NCBI GenBank assembly: GCA_038883715.1 | Contig: JAVZLS010000002.1 | Span: forward strand, 32,001-96,000 | Source of the DNA: Candidatus Bathyarchaeia archaeon | Lineage (GTDB): Archaea; Thermoproteota; Bathyarchaeia; Bathyarchaeales; Bathycorpusculaceae | Direction: 5' to 3' | DNA length: 64,000 nt | Program-made: the position numbers and the translations under genes | The notes under the pieces: model-generated | Seen by the model: the letters and a program-made list of their open reading frames with translations, nothing else | Told to the model about the DNA's origin: nothing | Databases searched by the model: none | In this document: positions 1-8,753 of the stretch, piece after piece | How positions within the stretch are numbered: the first letter of the stretch is position 1 | Layout of the letters: the number at the start of each line of letters is the position of its first letter

Positions 1-697
1 TCACTGTCTGGTAGCGGTTGCCCTTCTCGTCTTCCACTGTTACTATGGCGTCCTTGCGTTTCTTGCCCTTAACTTTCTCAATTTCAATGATTCTGCCACG
101 TTTTCCCATGTTTTTGCCGCCGGTTATTATAACGTAATCGTTCTCCTTCATTTTGATGTGTTCAAGGATTTGCCTATCTGGAAGGCTAATCTTGACCGTG
201 TCAAAAGTGTTGTAAACATCCTCTTGCGGGTTCTTTGGGTCGGCAACTTTAACAAGCACGTTTGAGCCGTCATGGAGGTTCAGTTGTATATGCCCATTTT
301 TCACGATGGTTTTATTCTCTATTCTGCAAAGCTTGAAGTTGGCTTCTTCCTTGCAAATGGGATGAAGGATTAAGCCCTTATGGGAAGGCAAAATGCGGAA
401 ATGCTTATCCAAATCTGGAAGCGAAACCACATCCATAAGTCCCGTCGGAAACTTGTCGCCGCGCCTCACTTTCCCGTCAACGTAAACCTTTCCCTGCGCA
501 GCTATTATTTTTGCTTCCCTTCTTGTTTTTGCGACTCCCAAAATGTCACGTAAAAGAAGGGTTATGGGCAAACAGTTTTCTAGGGAATGGGGGCCGGGGG
601 TTGGCTTTACAACCCAGATAAACTCCTTTCTATGTATTGGCCAGATTTTCGGCGCCGGCTTACGTTTAAGGGTTGTTGAGCCGCCTTTTCTACCCAA
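1..697 (-). CDS. rps4e: 30S ribosomal protein eS4 (3' end runs off the window)
   Basis: Read manually from TTG at 697: [25 protein letters not shown]..., the eS4 N-terminus. It follows uL24 as in the conserved archaeal operon. Not in the ORF track because it is truncated. Confidence 0.95.
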   Translation of the reverse strand, partial: MGRKGGSTTLKRKPAPKIWPIHRKEFIWVVKPTPGPHSLENCLPITLLLRDILGVAKTRREAKIIAAQGKVYVDGKVRRGDKFPTGLMDVVSLPDLDKHFRILPSHKGLILHPICKEEANFKLCRIENKTIVKNGHIQLNLHDGSNVLVKVADPKNPQEDVYNTFDTVKISLPDRQILEHIKMKENDYVIITGGKNMGKRGRIIEIEKVKGKKRKDAIVTVEDEKGNRYQTV

Positions 698-1319
698 GTT
701 CAGATTCCTCCGCTTTTTTGCGCCTTCTCGCAGCCTTTTCCTTTTTCTCCGCCGCTTTTTCTTCCACTTTTTCTTCGCCCTTTTCCTTCGTCTTCTTTGC
801 AGCTCTTTTTCTTCTCGTCGGCTTTTTCTTTTTGGCTGGCAACTCTTCTACTGCTGGAGGCTTTTCCTCAACTGGTTTTTCTTCAACAACCTTCACCACT
901 TCCTCTGAGGGTTTCTCCACGATTTTTTCCGCAGCTTCTTTGGCTTTCTTACACCTTTCAAGAATCTTTTTTCGCCATTTATCGTCAAGGTTAAGCTTCG
1001 TTATCATAACCTTTGACGGGTGAACTGGAACAAAAACTGTTGACCCGTCAACCTTCTCGCGGGTTAATCCTTCAACATAAATTCTGAACTTTTTCCTATC
1101 AACACGAGCAACTTTCCCCTCAAATCCCTTATGGTCCCCCCTCAAGACGTGAACAGTGTCACCGCTTCTCACTGGAAGGCTTCTAGTTCCATAGGACTTT
1201 CTTAGCTCCGGCGATAAGGGAGCCGAAAAATGCTTGTAGCGTATGTGGTCTGGAGCTTGGAAAAGCATTTTCCTTTGCTTTGAAGGTTTTGATGTTCTGG
1301 CTATTGCTTGCATAACCAT
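690..1319 (-). CDS. rpl24: 50S ribosomal protein uL24 with long charged C-terminal extension
   Basis: [20 protein letters not shown] motif ([16 protein letters not shown]), [11 protein letters not shown]; lies between uL14 and eS4. Confidence 0.96.
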   Translation of the reverse strand: MVMQAIARTSKPSKQRKMLFQAPDHIRYKHFSAPLSPELRKSYGTRSLPVRSGDTVHVLRGDHKGFEGKVARVDRKKFRIYVEGLTREKVDGSTVFVPVHPSKVMITKLNLDDKWRKKILERCKKAKEAAEKIVEKPSEEVVKVVEEKPVEEKPPAVEELPAKKKKPTRRKRAAKKTKEKGEEKVEEKAAEKKEKAARRRKKAEESELG

Positions 1320-1328
1320 TTCACCATG

Positions 1329-1769
1329 CTATACGATAATGCTGGCGGCGCTCGCTATTCTCGGCCACCTTTCAGCCGCCTCCTTTGCCACTGGCCCGCG
1401 AATTTCAGAGCCTTTCATTTCACCTTCCGGCGTTATTATCACTGCCGCATTATCCTCAAATTGAACCCAAACGCCGTCAGTCCTCCGGAAGGGCATCCTC
1501 TGCCTAACAACAACTGCTTGGAAGATTTTCTTCCGCATATCAGGAGTACCATGCTTAACCGAAACGGTTATACGGTCGCCAACCGCGGCGGAAGGCACAC
1601 GCCTAAGCCTACCCTTATAGCCCATAACCTGTATTAGGCGAAGTTCGCGGGCTCCAGTGTTGTCTGCACATTTCAAGATGGAGCCAGCTGGCAGCCCCCT
1701 AGAGATTTTTGGTCTTTGACCAATTACTCCCCTTGCAATCAAGCCCCTTGTTTTCGCCTTCGCCGCCAT
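1329..1769 (-). CDS. rpl14: 50S ribosomal protein uL14
   Basis: [31 protein letters not shown] motifs. Confidence 0.98.
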   Translation of the reverse strand: MAAKAKTRGLIARGVIGQRPKISRGLPAGSILKCADNTGARELRLIQVMGYKGRLRRVPSAAVGDRITVSVKHGTPDMRKKIFQAVVVRQRMPFRRTDGVWVQFEDNAAVIITPEGEMKGSEIRGPVAKEAAERWPRIASAASIIV

Positions 1770-1770
1770 T

Positions 1771-2097
1771 CTACTTCACCTCCTCCTTCTTCTCCACAAC
1801 TACAAAGGAGACAGTTTTGCTTATTGGGCGGCATTCAGCTATTACCACGCGGTCGCCTTCTTTTGCGTCTATGCATGGCGGATTATGGGATGGAATACGG
1901 CTGCGCCGCCTTTCATACCGCATGAACTTTGGAACATACTTCAAATAGTCATGACGAACGATGACAGTTTTGTCCATTTTCGCGCTTACAACCACACCTT
2001 CCAATATGCGGCCTCTTATTGGAAGACTCCCATGGAATGGGCAATTCCTATCATTGCAAGTTTTCTTGGGCTTCTTAAAGGTTATCGCCATCACCAA
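1771..2097 (-). CDS. rps17: 30S ribosomal protein uS17
   Basis: [24 protein letters not shown] motifs; true start may be the ATG at 2091. Confidence 0.98.
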   Translation of the reverse strand: MVMAITFKKPKKTCNDRNCPFHGSLPIRGRILEGVVVSAKMDKTVIVRHDYLKYVPKFMRYERRRSRIPSHNPPCIDAKEGDRVVIAECRPISKTVSFVVVEKKEEVK

Positions 2098-2372
2098 AGC
2101 CTCCTAACACGCTTTTTAAGACGGTCTTCGGGTCTTCCAACGAGAAGCTTGCCATCAATTTCAACAACAGTTCCGTCCGGAAACTTGAAATGAAAAACAG
2201 AGGACTCCTTCACAACAACTTTTCTTTCACCACCATGGAGTAAAGTAAACGTGTTCCGAGTCTCATCGATAACCTTGCCGCGTAACCCAACATAACCCCT
2301 ATGAGTGCTGCGGGCAACCTTCACCTCAGTCCCAATAAACTCATAACGTATAATGTCGGGCGTCACCTTCAC
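2091..2372 (-). CDS. rnp1: RNase P protein Rpp29/Pop4
   Basis: GKVIDETRNT and IDGKLLVGRPEDRLK; canonical position between uL29 and uS17. Confidence 0.95.
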   Translation of the reverse strand: MKVTPDIIRYEFIGTEVKVARSTHRGYVGLRGKVIDETRNTFTLLHGGERKVVVKESSVFHFKFPDGTVVEIDGKLLVGRPEDRLKKRVRRLW

Positions 2373-2608
2373 TTACGCGCCCTCCCCTTGCCTTCTGTTG
2401 TTTTAGCTTTCAGTTTCTGCTCGTTCTCTATGGTTAATATTCTGGCAATAGCCCTCCGCAACTCCTTTATTCGAGCAGGGTTTTCCACTGTGCCGCCGGC
2501 CTTAATCATAGTTTTAAGCCTAAGAAGTTCTGTTCTAAACTCGTTGAGCTTTTTACGTCGCTCTTCTGGTGGCATTTCCCTTATTTCCTTAACTCTAATT
2601 ATGGGCAT
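2369..2608 (-). CDS. rpl29: 50S ribosomal protein uL29
   Basis: ENPARIKELRRAIARILT signature; operon position. Confidence 0.97.
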   Translation of the reverse strand: MPIIRVKEIREMPPEERRKKLNEFRTELLRLKTMIKAGGTVENPARIKELRRAIARILTIENEQKLKAKTTEGKGRARK

Positions 2609-3316
2609 TTACTTGGTTGCCTCCTCACCTTCCGCCTCTTCACCACTGGTCTCTTCAGTCTCTGCCGTGGCTTCTTCAACAGCCTCTTCGACGGTTTCTT
2701 CGAGTTTCTCCTCTGCTGGCGGAGCTTCAACTATTTGGATTTTATCTGGAAACTTGGCGTCCGGAGGCATTATTCTAACCTTGACGCCGTAAATGCCCGG
2801 CTTAAGTTGGACATGCACCTCGGCTTTGCGCATATACTTTAAGGCTGGGTCTCCACACTTTGGCAAGTAACCACTCCTAAACTTTTCATATCTGGCTCGT
2901 TCAGTCCGCAGTTTTCCACTAATGATTATTTCTACCCCCAAGGCTCCAGCCTCCATGACTTGGTTTAAAGCCCAGAAACCCGCGCGCCTGAAGTGTACGC
3001 CCCTTTGCAAGGCTGAGGCTATACGTGTGGCAACAATGTATGGGTTCAGCTCGGGGACCTCAATTTCTGAAACTGAGATTTGGGGGTTGGAGACCTTGAA
3101 TTTTTCTTCCAATATTTTCGCGAGTTCCCTTATGGTTTCGCCGCTTCTCCCTATCACAAGTCCGGGGCGCATGGCATAGATGACCACATGTGTTCCAAGA
3201 GGGGTTTCTGAAATGTTTACCCCGCCGTAGCCAGCCTTTTCGAGTTTTTTCTGCAGAAACTCGTCGATTTCCGCCCTCTTCCTAGACTTTGAAATAAAAT
3301 GTTTTACGACAGCCAT
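2609..3316 (-). CDS. rps3: 30S ribosomal protein uS3 with acidic tail
   Basis: KH domain RPGLVIGRSG, GVEIIISGKL, KPGIYGVKVRI. Confidence 0.98.
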   Translation of the reverse strand: MAVVKHFISKSRKRAEIDEFLQKKLEKAGYGGVNISETPLGTHVVIYAMRPGLVIGRSGETIRELAKILEEKFKVSNPQISVSEIEVPELNPYIVATRIASALQRGVHFRRAGFWALNQVMEAGALGVEIIISGKLRTERARYEKFRSGYLPKCGDPALKYMRKAEVHVQLKPGIYGVKVRIMPPDAKFPDKIQIVEAPPAEEKLEETVEEAVEEATAETEETSGEEAEGEEATK

Positions 3317-3807
3317 TAGGCCTCCTCCGCGGCTACTTCGGGCTGCTCTTCCAAGGCTAGTTCAATGTGGGTTAGGGTTTCAAATTTTGGTGTGGCTCTT
3401 CCAAAAGCCCTAGGCATGTACCGCCTAATCTTCATTCCAGGATAAGCCGAAGCATGAATTATCTTGAGCCTTTCCGTGTCTAATCCCTTATTTTCAGCGT
3501 TGGCTTCCGCCCCCTCAAGAACTTTAAGAATTTGCTTTGCCGCCTTTATGGGATATCTGCCAGCATAAGCCTTTTCCAGTCCATGACGGTGAGCGGCCTT
3601 CTTCCTAAACCTTGTGAATGGAACAGCCCTCTTTTTGGCTATAACATCCCTCAAAAACGTTTTAGCTTCTATAAGCATCATGCCCTTTATTGCATTACAT
3701 ACTTCGCGGGCGGATTTATGGGATACCCTAACCTCTCGCCCGCTTGCCTTAACCGTTTTCTCGGGGTCTAATGCCTCTTCTGGTATGGAGTATCCCCATT
3801 TTGGCAC
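3316..3807 (-). CDS. rpl22: 50S ribosomal protein uL22
   Basis: GRYPIKAA, NAENKGLD, PRAFGRA, THIEL. Start moved to the GTG at 3807 (MPKWGYS). Confidence 0.96.
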   Translation of the reverse strand: MPKWGYSIPEEALDPEKTVKASGREVRVSHKSAREVCNAIKGMMLIEAKTFLRDVIAKKRAVPFTRFRKKAAHRHGLEKAYAGRYPIKAAKQILKVLEGAEANAENKGLDTERLKIIHASAYPGMKIRRYMPRAFGRATPKFETLTHIELALEEQPEVAAEEA

Positions 3808-4030
3808 TCGATAGACTCTCCAACTGTGCAATTGAACAGCTACATGGCGGTTTATATGGTTTTCCATAAACCAGTACATTCTAAAGTTCGCCTAACACAA
3901 CAAAACCTGTATCTCTTAACAATTAAGTGAATCTGGTCCGTAGGTGTCCCGCCAAAATAAACCGTCTCATAAATCTTCGATGCGTTTATGTTTAACCAAG
4001 ACTTTATTGACATCAAAACGGTGAATCCCG

Positions 4031-5101
4031 ATGAAAAAGAACGAACATATTACAATGCTGCACGGCGCCGGCGGAACAGTAATGCACGACCTCGTCAAAA
4101 ACTACATCCTAAAATACTTTAGCAGCGCTAAAAACGCAAGTTTTGAAGTGCCCCTTGAGGCGTTAGATGATGCTGCAGTTGTCGGCGACATTGTTTTGAA
4201 AAGCGACTCCCACGCTGTCAAGCCAATTTTTTTCTCAGGCGGGGATATTGGACGCTTGGCTATTTCCGGCACCGTTAATGATATTGCTGTTTTGGGAGCC
4301 GAACCATACGCTTTGGCGTGCGGCTTCATATTGGAAGAGGGACTAGCCCTATCCGATTTTGAGAGAATTTTGGCAAGCATGATGCAAACATGCCAAGAGG
4401 CTGGTGTCAGCATCGTCACAGGCGACACAAAAGTTGTGGAGAAGGGAAGCCTAGGCGGATGCATAGTTAACGTTTCAGGAATTGGTAGAAGAACAAAAGC
4501 CCTAGAAAAAAATCTGGCTGTTGTAAAACGCTTTAGAGGCAACTTTAAAACTCGCTGGATTTTAGATTCAAACCTCAGACCCGGAGACAAAATAATATTG
4601 TCCGGCACGATAGGCGACCATGGCTTGGCGGTTTTGTCAGCCCAAGAGGGCTTAAGCTTTGGAGGCGAAATAAAATCCGATGTTAAACCCTTAAACCGCC
4701 TTATCCAGCGCTTATTAGGGGAGGTAGGCGGCATAGTTGCCATGAAAGACCCAACCCGCGGCGGGTTGGCAGACGCCTTAAACGAGTTCAGCGAAAAATC
4801 AAAAGTGGGCATACTAATCCACGAAGAAAAAATTCCAATAAAGGACAATGTAAGAGCGGCATGTGAAATGCTAGGCTTAGACCCGCTCGAAGTCGGCAAT
4901 GAAGGAAAAATAGTTATAGGCGTGTTAAGGGAGAAGGCAGAAGAAGTTTTACAATTCTTAAAAGCCACAGAAGAAGGCAAGGAAGCAGAAATCATAGGCG
5001 AGGCAACAGGCGCCTTCAACGGAGTAGCCATGCAAACAGTGGTGGGCGGAAAAAGAATAATAGCAAGACCATTAGGCGACCCAGTCCCAAGAATATGCTA
5101 A
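4031..5101 (+). CDS. hypE: Hydrogenase maturation carbamoyl dehydratase HypE
   Basis: HGAGG, GDIGRLAISGTVND, TGDTKVV, DPTRGG, C-terminal PRIC. Confidence 0.97.
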   Translation: MKKNEHITMLHGAGGTVMHDLVKNYILKYFSSAKNASFEVPLEALDDAAVVGDIVLKSDSHAVKPIFFSGGDIGRLAISGTVNDIAVLGAEPYALACGFILEEGLALSDFERILASMMQTCQEAGVSIVTGDTKVVEKGSLGGCIVNVSGIGRRTKALEKNLAVVKRFRGNFKTRWILDSNLRPGDKIILSGTIGDHGLAVLSAQEGLSFGGEIKSDVKPLNRLIQRLLGEVGGIVAMKDPTRGGLADALNEFSEKSKVGILIHEEKIPIKDNVRAACEMLGLDPLEVGNEGKIVIGVLREKAEEVLQFLKATEEGKEAEIIGEATGAFNGVAMQTVVGGKRIIARPLGDPVPRIC

Positions 5102-5175
5102 CCTAATGAAAAGTCTTTTAGCCAAACCATGCCATAAATAAGAGGCGCAAGTAGTAGAAAAAGAAGGGAAAATAT

Positions 5176-5781
5176 GTGAAAGTGAATTATGTTGGCATTA
5201 TCGGAGGCATACTGGCATTCATCAGCTTAGCACTACCATGGTGGGTTATGACTATGTCCATGTCAGCGGGCGAGATTATCCCCTATTCCATTTCAATGGA
5301 CCTCTCAATTTATCCATATAAAAGAACACTGTCCGCATCTGCGATGGGGATGTCCATGTCGCTAGATATCTCCATGGACGCTTGGTATGGTTGGACCGCC
5401 TTAGCTTTTATTATAGTAGGCGGTGTACTAGGAATTTTGGGCAGTATAGTATCTGGTAAAAGAGCGATATTGGCTATTGGTGGAATAATCGCCCTACTTT
5501 CAATCATAATTTTTGCAGCAGGACTGCAGATAGAGCTTTCGCAAGGTATGTCAATACCACCACTAGGGACAGGCACACCACTTCAACTACCTACGTTAGG
5601 TCTATTCTCTAGTGGATCCTTTAGTTTCATGGGAATGCCCATAAACTATTCGACTTATTTGTCATTTGGATTTTGGCTTGCTCTCATTGCAGCAATCATA
5701 ATGTTAGCCGCTATTAAAAGAGCTGAAAAAGTTGCGCCACCACCCCAAGTGCCAGCTCCGGCGCCGCCTCCGCCGCCATAA
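5176..5781 (+). CDS. Uncharacterised 4-TM membrane protein with C-terminal polyproline tail
   Basis: Four hydrophobic segments; ends PPPQVPAPAPPPPP; upstream AAAGTCTTTTA promoter-like motif. Confidence 0.8.
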   Translation: MKVNYVGIIGGILAFISLALPWWVMTMSMSAGEIIPYSISMDLSIYPYKRTLSASAMGMSMSLDISMDAWYGWTALAFIIVGGVLGILGSIVSGKRAILAIGGIIALLSIIIFAAGLQIELSQGMSIPPLGTGTPLQLPTLGLFSSGSFSFMGMPINYSTYLSFGFWLALIAAIIMLAAIKRAEKVAPPPQVPAPAPPPPP

Positions 5782-5841
5782 CCAGACTACCATCCAACAA
5801 CCATTTTTTAATTTCATATATGGAAAGTGTTGAATGTTGAG

Positions 5842-6159
5842 CTAGGCGTATTTTTTGCATGTGTAGCAGTACCATCTTTGATATTGCGGAATATACGTTA
5901 GCGGTCCTTTGCAGGTGGGACATGTTGGCTGCGTTTGTGCTTGTTCTGGTTTTAGGAGCACAAAATCTCCTACAGCTTGTACTTCATCCCATAAGATGTT
6001 TCTGCTTTCGCCCTTCTTGCCTTCTACGTATAGGGATATGCCTGCTCTTCCAACAATGAATGAGACGTCTTTAACCGTTCCTACAATGCGTCCTTCAGCA
6101 TCTATAACCTGCATCCCAAGAAGCATATCCTTAGTAACAGCCTTTTCCTGTTTAGCCAT
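5842..6159 (-). CDS. PRC-barrel domain protein with C-terminal zinc ribbon
   Basis: LLGMQVIDAEGRIVGTVKDV...VQAVGDFVLL (PRC barrel), then CPTC...WYCYTC. Confidence 0.88.
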   Translation of the reverse strand: MAKQEKAVTKDMLLGMQVIDAEGRIVGTVKDVSFIVGRAGISLYVEGKKGESRNILWDEVQAVGDFVLLKPEQAQTQPTCPTCKGPLTYIPQYQRWYCYTCKKYA

Positions 6160-6326
6160 ACCTTTCTCACCTCTCCAACTAATATTGAATTATTAATTCA
6201 TAGAGTTGATTTAAATAAGTTTCCTTCACATGTTAAATTGCGCCAATAACTCCTTGTATAAACAATGAAGATCGTTGCAAAGTTTTTTAAAGAAAGACGG
6301 AATAAACCATAAGGCTGGTGTAGAAA

Positions 6327-7337
6327 ATGAGTGAAGAAAGAGTCACCACTTCCAGTTTAGTTAGTCAAGGAAGAAACATAGGCTACTATGCTGCTCTCTT
6401 ATATGGCGCTGGATACATCTTGGCATTCATAGGCATTCTAACCCTAATCATAATCTTTATCATAGTGTTCCTTGGGGCGGCTGGTCCATTACTTCAGTAT
6501 ATGCCATCCGAGCTTATTGCTAGCTTAGTAATATACCTTATCGCCATGGTATTTGGAATAATTTTCGGCGCGTCCATTATCAGAAGTGCAAAGGCTGTTA
6601 GAACATCCGAGATAAATCTTAATGCTGTGGCATCACCAGTTTCTAGGTTCTCAACGATGCTAATATTATATGGAATAGGCAATACTATTCTAGCATCTGC
6701 TCTTAAAGCATCGCTTGTGGGACCAATCTGTGGAATCATTGGAGCGGTCTTGCTTCTAATGGGTTTCAGAACATATCAAAGTGGAGCTGCAAGCGAATCT
6801 AAACTTATGGGCGCGATTCTAATGTTGGTGTCATTAATCCTCGTATATTTTATAGCAACGCCTCAGTCAATTCTTAACGCTTTATCTGGAGGCTACGGAT
6901 ACGCATACCCTTCCATAATACCAACCGGGTTCTTCCCAGTATCTTATCTCTTTTCAGAGCCAAGGCTTGAATTTATTGCTTTGCTATTAGCGGTTATAGG
7001 CGCACTAATGTTCGCCCTTCGAGTTTTCGGTGAGAAAATGCAGCATGCCATCGCTGGTGTAATTTTGTCTATTAGTGGATTACTTTTTTCCATAGGTGTT
7101 ATGTACATAAACTTTACATCAGCTTCAAGTATAAGCAGTATACTTGGATACCTATCCTCTTACGCGCCATTGCTATCAGTATTGTGGATAACCGTCATTG
7201 GAATGATACTCCTAGGAATAGGCGGCATCATGGCATTAATAGCCTCAATAATACCACTAGTCTCAACCGCAACTCAGCTATCTGCACAAATACCGGCAGC
7301 AGCCCCTCCGCCCCCGCCTCCACCGCCCCCAAGCTGA
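6327..7337 (+). CDS. Uncharacterised multi-pass membrane protein with C-terminal polyproline tail
   Basis: About 8-9 hydrophobic helices; ends in a run of ten prolines. Confidence 0.8.
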   Translation: MSEERVTTSSLVSQGRNIGYYAALLYGAGYILAFIGILTLIIIFIIVFLGAAGPLLQYMPSELIASLVIYLIAMVFGIIFGASIIRSAKAVRTSEINLNAVASPVSRFSTMLILYGIGNTILASALKASLVGPICGIIGAVLLLMGFRTYQSGAASESKLMGAILMLVSLILVYFIATPQSILNALSGGYGYAYPSIIPTGFFPVSYLFSEPRLEFIALLLAVIGALMFALRVFGEKMQHAIAGVILSISGLLFSIGVMYINFTSASSISSILGYLSSYAPLLSVLWITVIGMILLGIGGIMALIASIIPLVSTATQLSAQIPAAAPPPPPPPPPS

Positions 7338-7370
7338 AGTCAAGCAAACGTTCTTTCCACTTTTTTATTT

Positions 7371-8453
7371 TTATGCCATATGTTTTGCCCATATTTGGCA
7401 TGTTCCCTCGATGCTCACCATGCATGCACCTCTTGGCTTCTGTGGGGTACAAGCTTTCATGAATAGTGGGCATTCAGTGGGCTTAATCTTACCAATCATC
7501 ACCAAATGGCATTGGCAGCCCGGCAGCAGATCCGTTCCATTTTTAACTCCGACATTAAATCTTTCCCGTGCCTCATAATTTGCATATTCGCTTTTTAGTT
7601 TTAATGTGGAGTTGGGTAATTTTCCGAGACCACGCCAGTTTCCTCCCACAATTTCAAAAACCTCACTCATGATTTTCTGCGCTTTCACGTTTCCCTCGTA
7701 TGTTACCGCACGGGCGTATTCGTTTTCTAGGCGCGGCTTTTCCTCGTCCAATTGTTTAATAACCATGTAAATGGCGAGTAGAACGTCTAATGGTTCAAAT
7801 CCAGCCACCACTGTTGGCATACGGTAGGCTTTTGGAAACATTTCATAAGCTTTCAAGCCAATGATAGTGCTTACGTGTCCAGGAGCGATGAAACCGTCTA
7901 TGTGGAGGTCTCCTATTCCAAGGAGAAGCTCCATTGCCGGTGGAATCAAACGGTGGGAAACCAGAAAGCTTAGGTTTTCTGGCGGCTTTTTTAGGATTTC
8001 TATGGCTGTTGATGGGGCTGTTGTTTCAAAGCCTATGGCGAAGAAGGCGAACTCTTTATCCGGCTCTTTTTCGGCCATCCTAACGGCGTCTAATGGGCTG
8101 TAAACAACTCGGACATCGGCGCCTTCAGCTTTAGCATCCAACAACGATTTTTCAGAGCCCGGGACGCGGAGGGCATCCCCAAAGCATGTGACGACAACGC
8201 CTTTTAGGGCAAGCTGTACAGCCTCGTCTATTTCGGAGGCTGGTGTTACGCATACCGGGCATCCTGGTCCAGCTATAACCTCAACGTTTTGGGGTAGGAG
8301 GCTTCTCAGCCCAAAATGGGTTATTGTCCACTCGTGAGTGCCGCATACATGGCATATCTTTACGATGTCACGTTTAGGGGCAATTTCATGGATTTTCTCG
8401 ACTACAAGTTTCGCTAATTTTGGATCTCTAAGTTTTTTAAAATATTCGAACAT
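7371..8453 (-). CDS. hypD: Hydrogenase maturation protein HypD
   Basis: CGTH, GPGCPVC, GFETT, PGHVS, GACMVSIEGTC motifs. Confidence 0.97.
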   Translation of the reverse strand: MFEYFKKLRDPKLAKLVVEKIHEIAPKRDIVKICHVCGTHEWTITHFGLRSLLPQNVEVIAGPGCPVCVTPASEIDEAVQLALKGVVVTCFGDALRVPGSEKSLLDAKAEGADVRVVYSPLDAVRMAEKEPDKEFAFFAIGFETTAPSTAIEILKKPPENLSFLVSHRLIPPAMELLLGIGDLHIDGFIAPGHVSTIIGLKAYEMFPKAYRMPTVVAGFEPLDVLLAIYMVIKQLDEEKPRLENEYARAVTYEGNVKAQKIMSEVFEIVGGNWRGLGKLPNSTLKLKSEYANYEARERFNVGVKNGTDLLPGCQCHLVMIGKIKPTECPLFMKACTPQKPRGACMVSIEGTCQIWAKHMA

Positions 8454-8459
8454 TTCAGC

Positions 8460-8705
8460 TCATCGCAAATCATTTCGTTCCAGCTTTTCTTCAACTTCTA
8501 AAATTTCGCTCCACAAGCGTAATGTTTCTTCGGCTTCTTCTTTGCTCAGCACTTGGATGGCATACCCAGCATGGACAAGCACGTAATCGTTAACTTTCAC
8601 GTTTACGAGGCTTATGTCAACCTCTTTTATCAAGCCTCCTCCAAAATCAACTTTTGCAAAATTGCCTTGAACACTCACAACCTTTGCAGGGATAGCCAAA
8701 CACAT
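8460..8705 (-). CDS. hypC: Hydrogenase chaperone HypC
   Basis: MCLAIP N-terminus (ATG at 8705) and YVLVHAGYAI. Confidence 0.97.
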   Translation of the reverse strand: MCLAIPAKVVSVQGNFAKVDFGGGLIKEVDISLVNVKVNDYVLVHAGYAIQVLSKEEAEETLRLWSEILEVEEKLERNDLR

Positions 8706-8753
8706 TATTATCTGCGAAATAGCAAAAACAAACAAGGATAAATCGTTTATGGC

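Noticed and set aside
4102-5031. 309-aa antisense ORF over hypE, and many similar antisense ORFs over the r-protein, beta-oxidation and ABC genes
   Set aside because: These are codon-register shadows of well-supported genes, with no motifs and Ser/Pro/Phe-rich composition.
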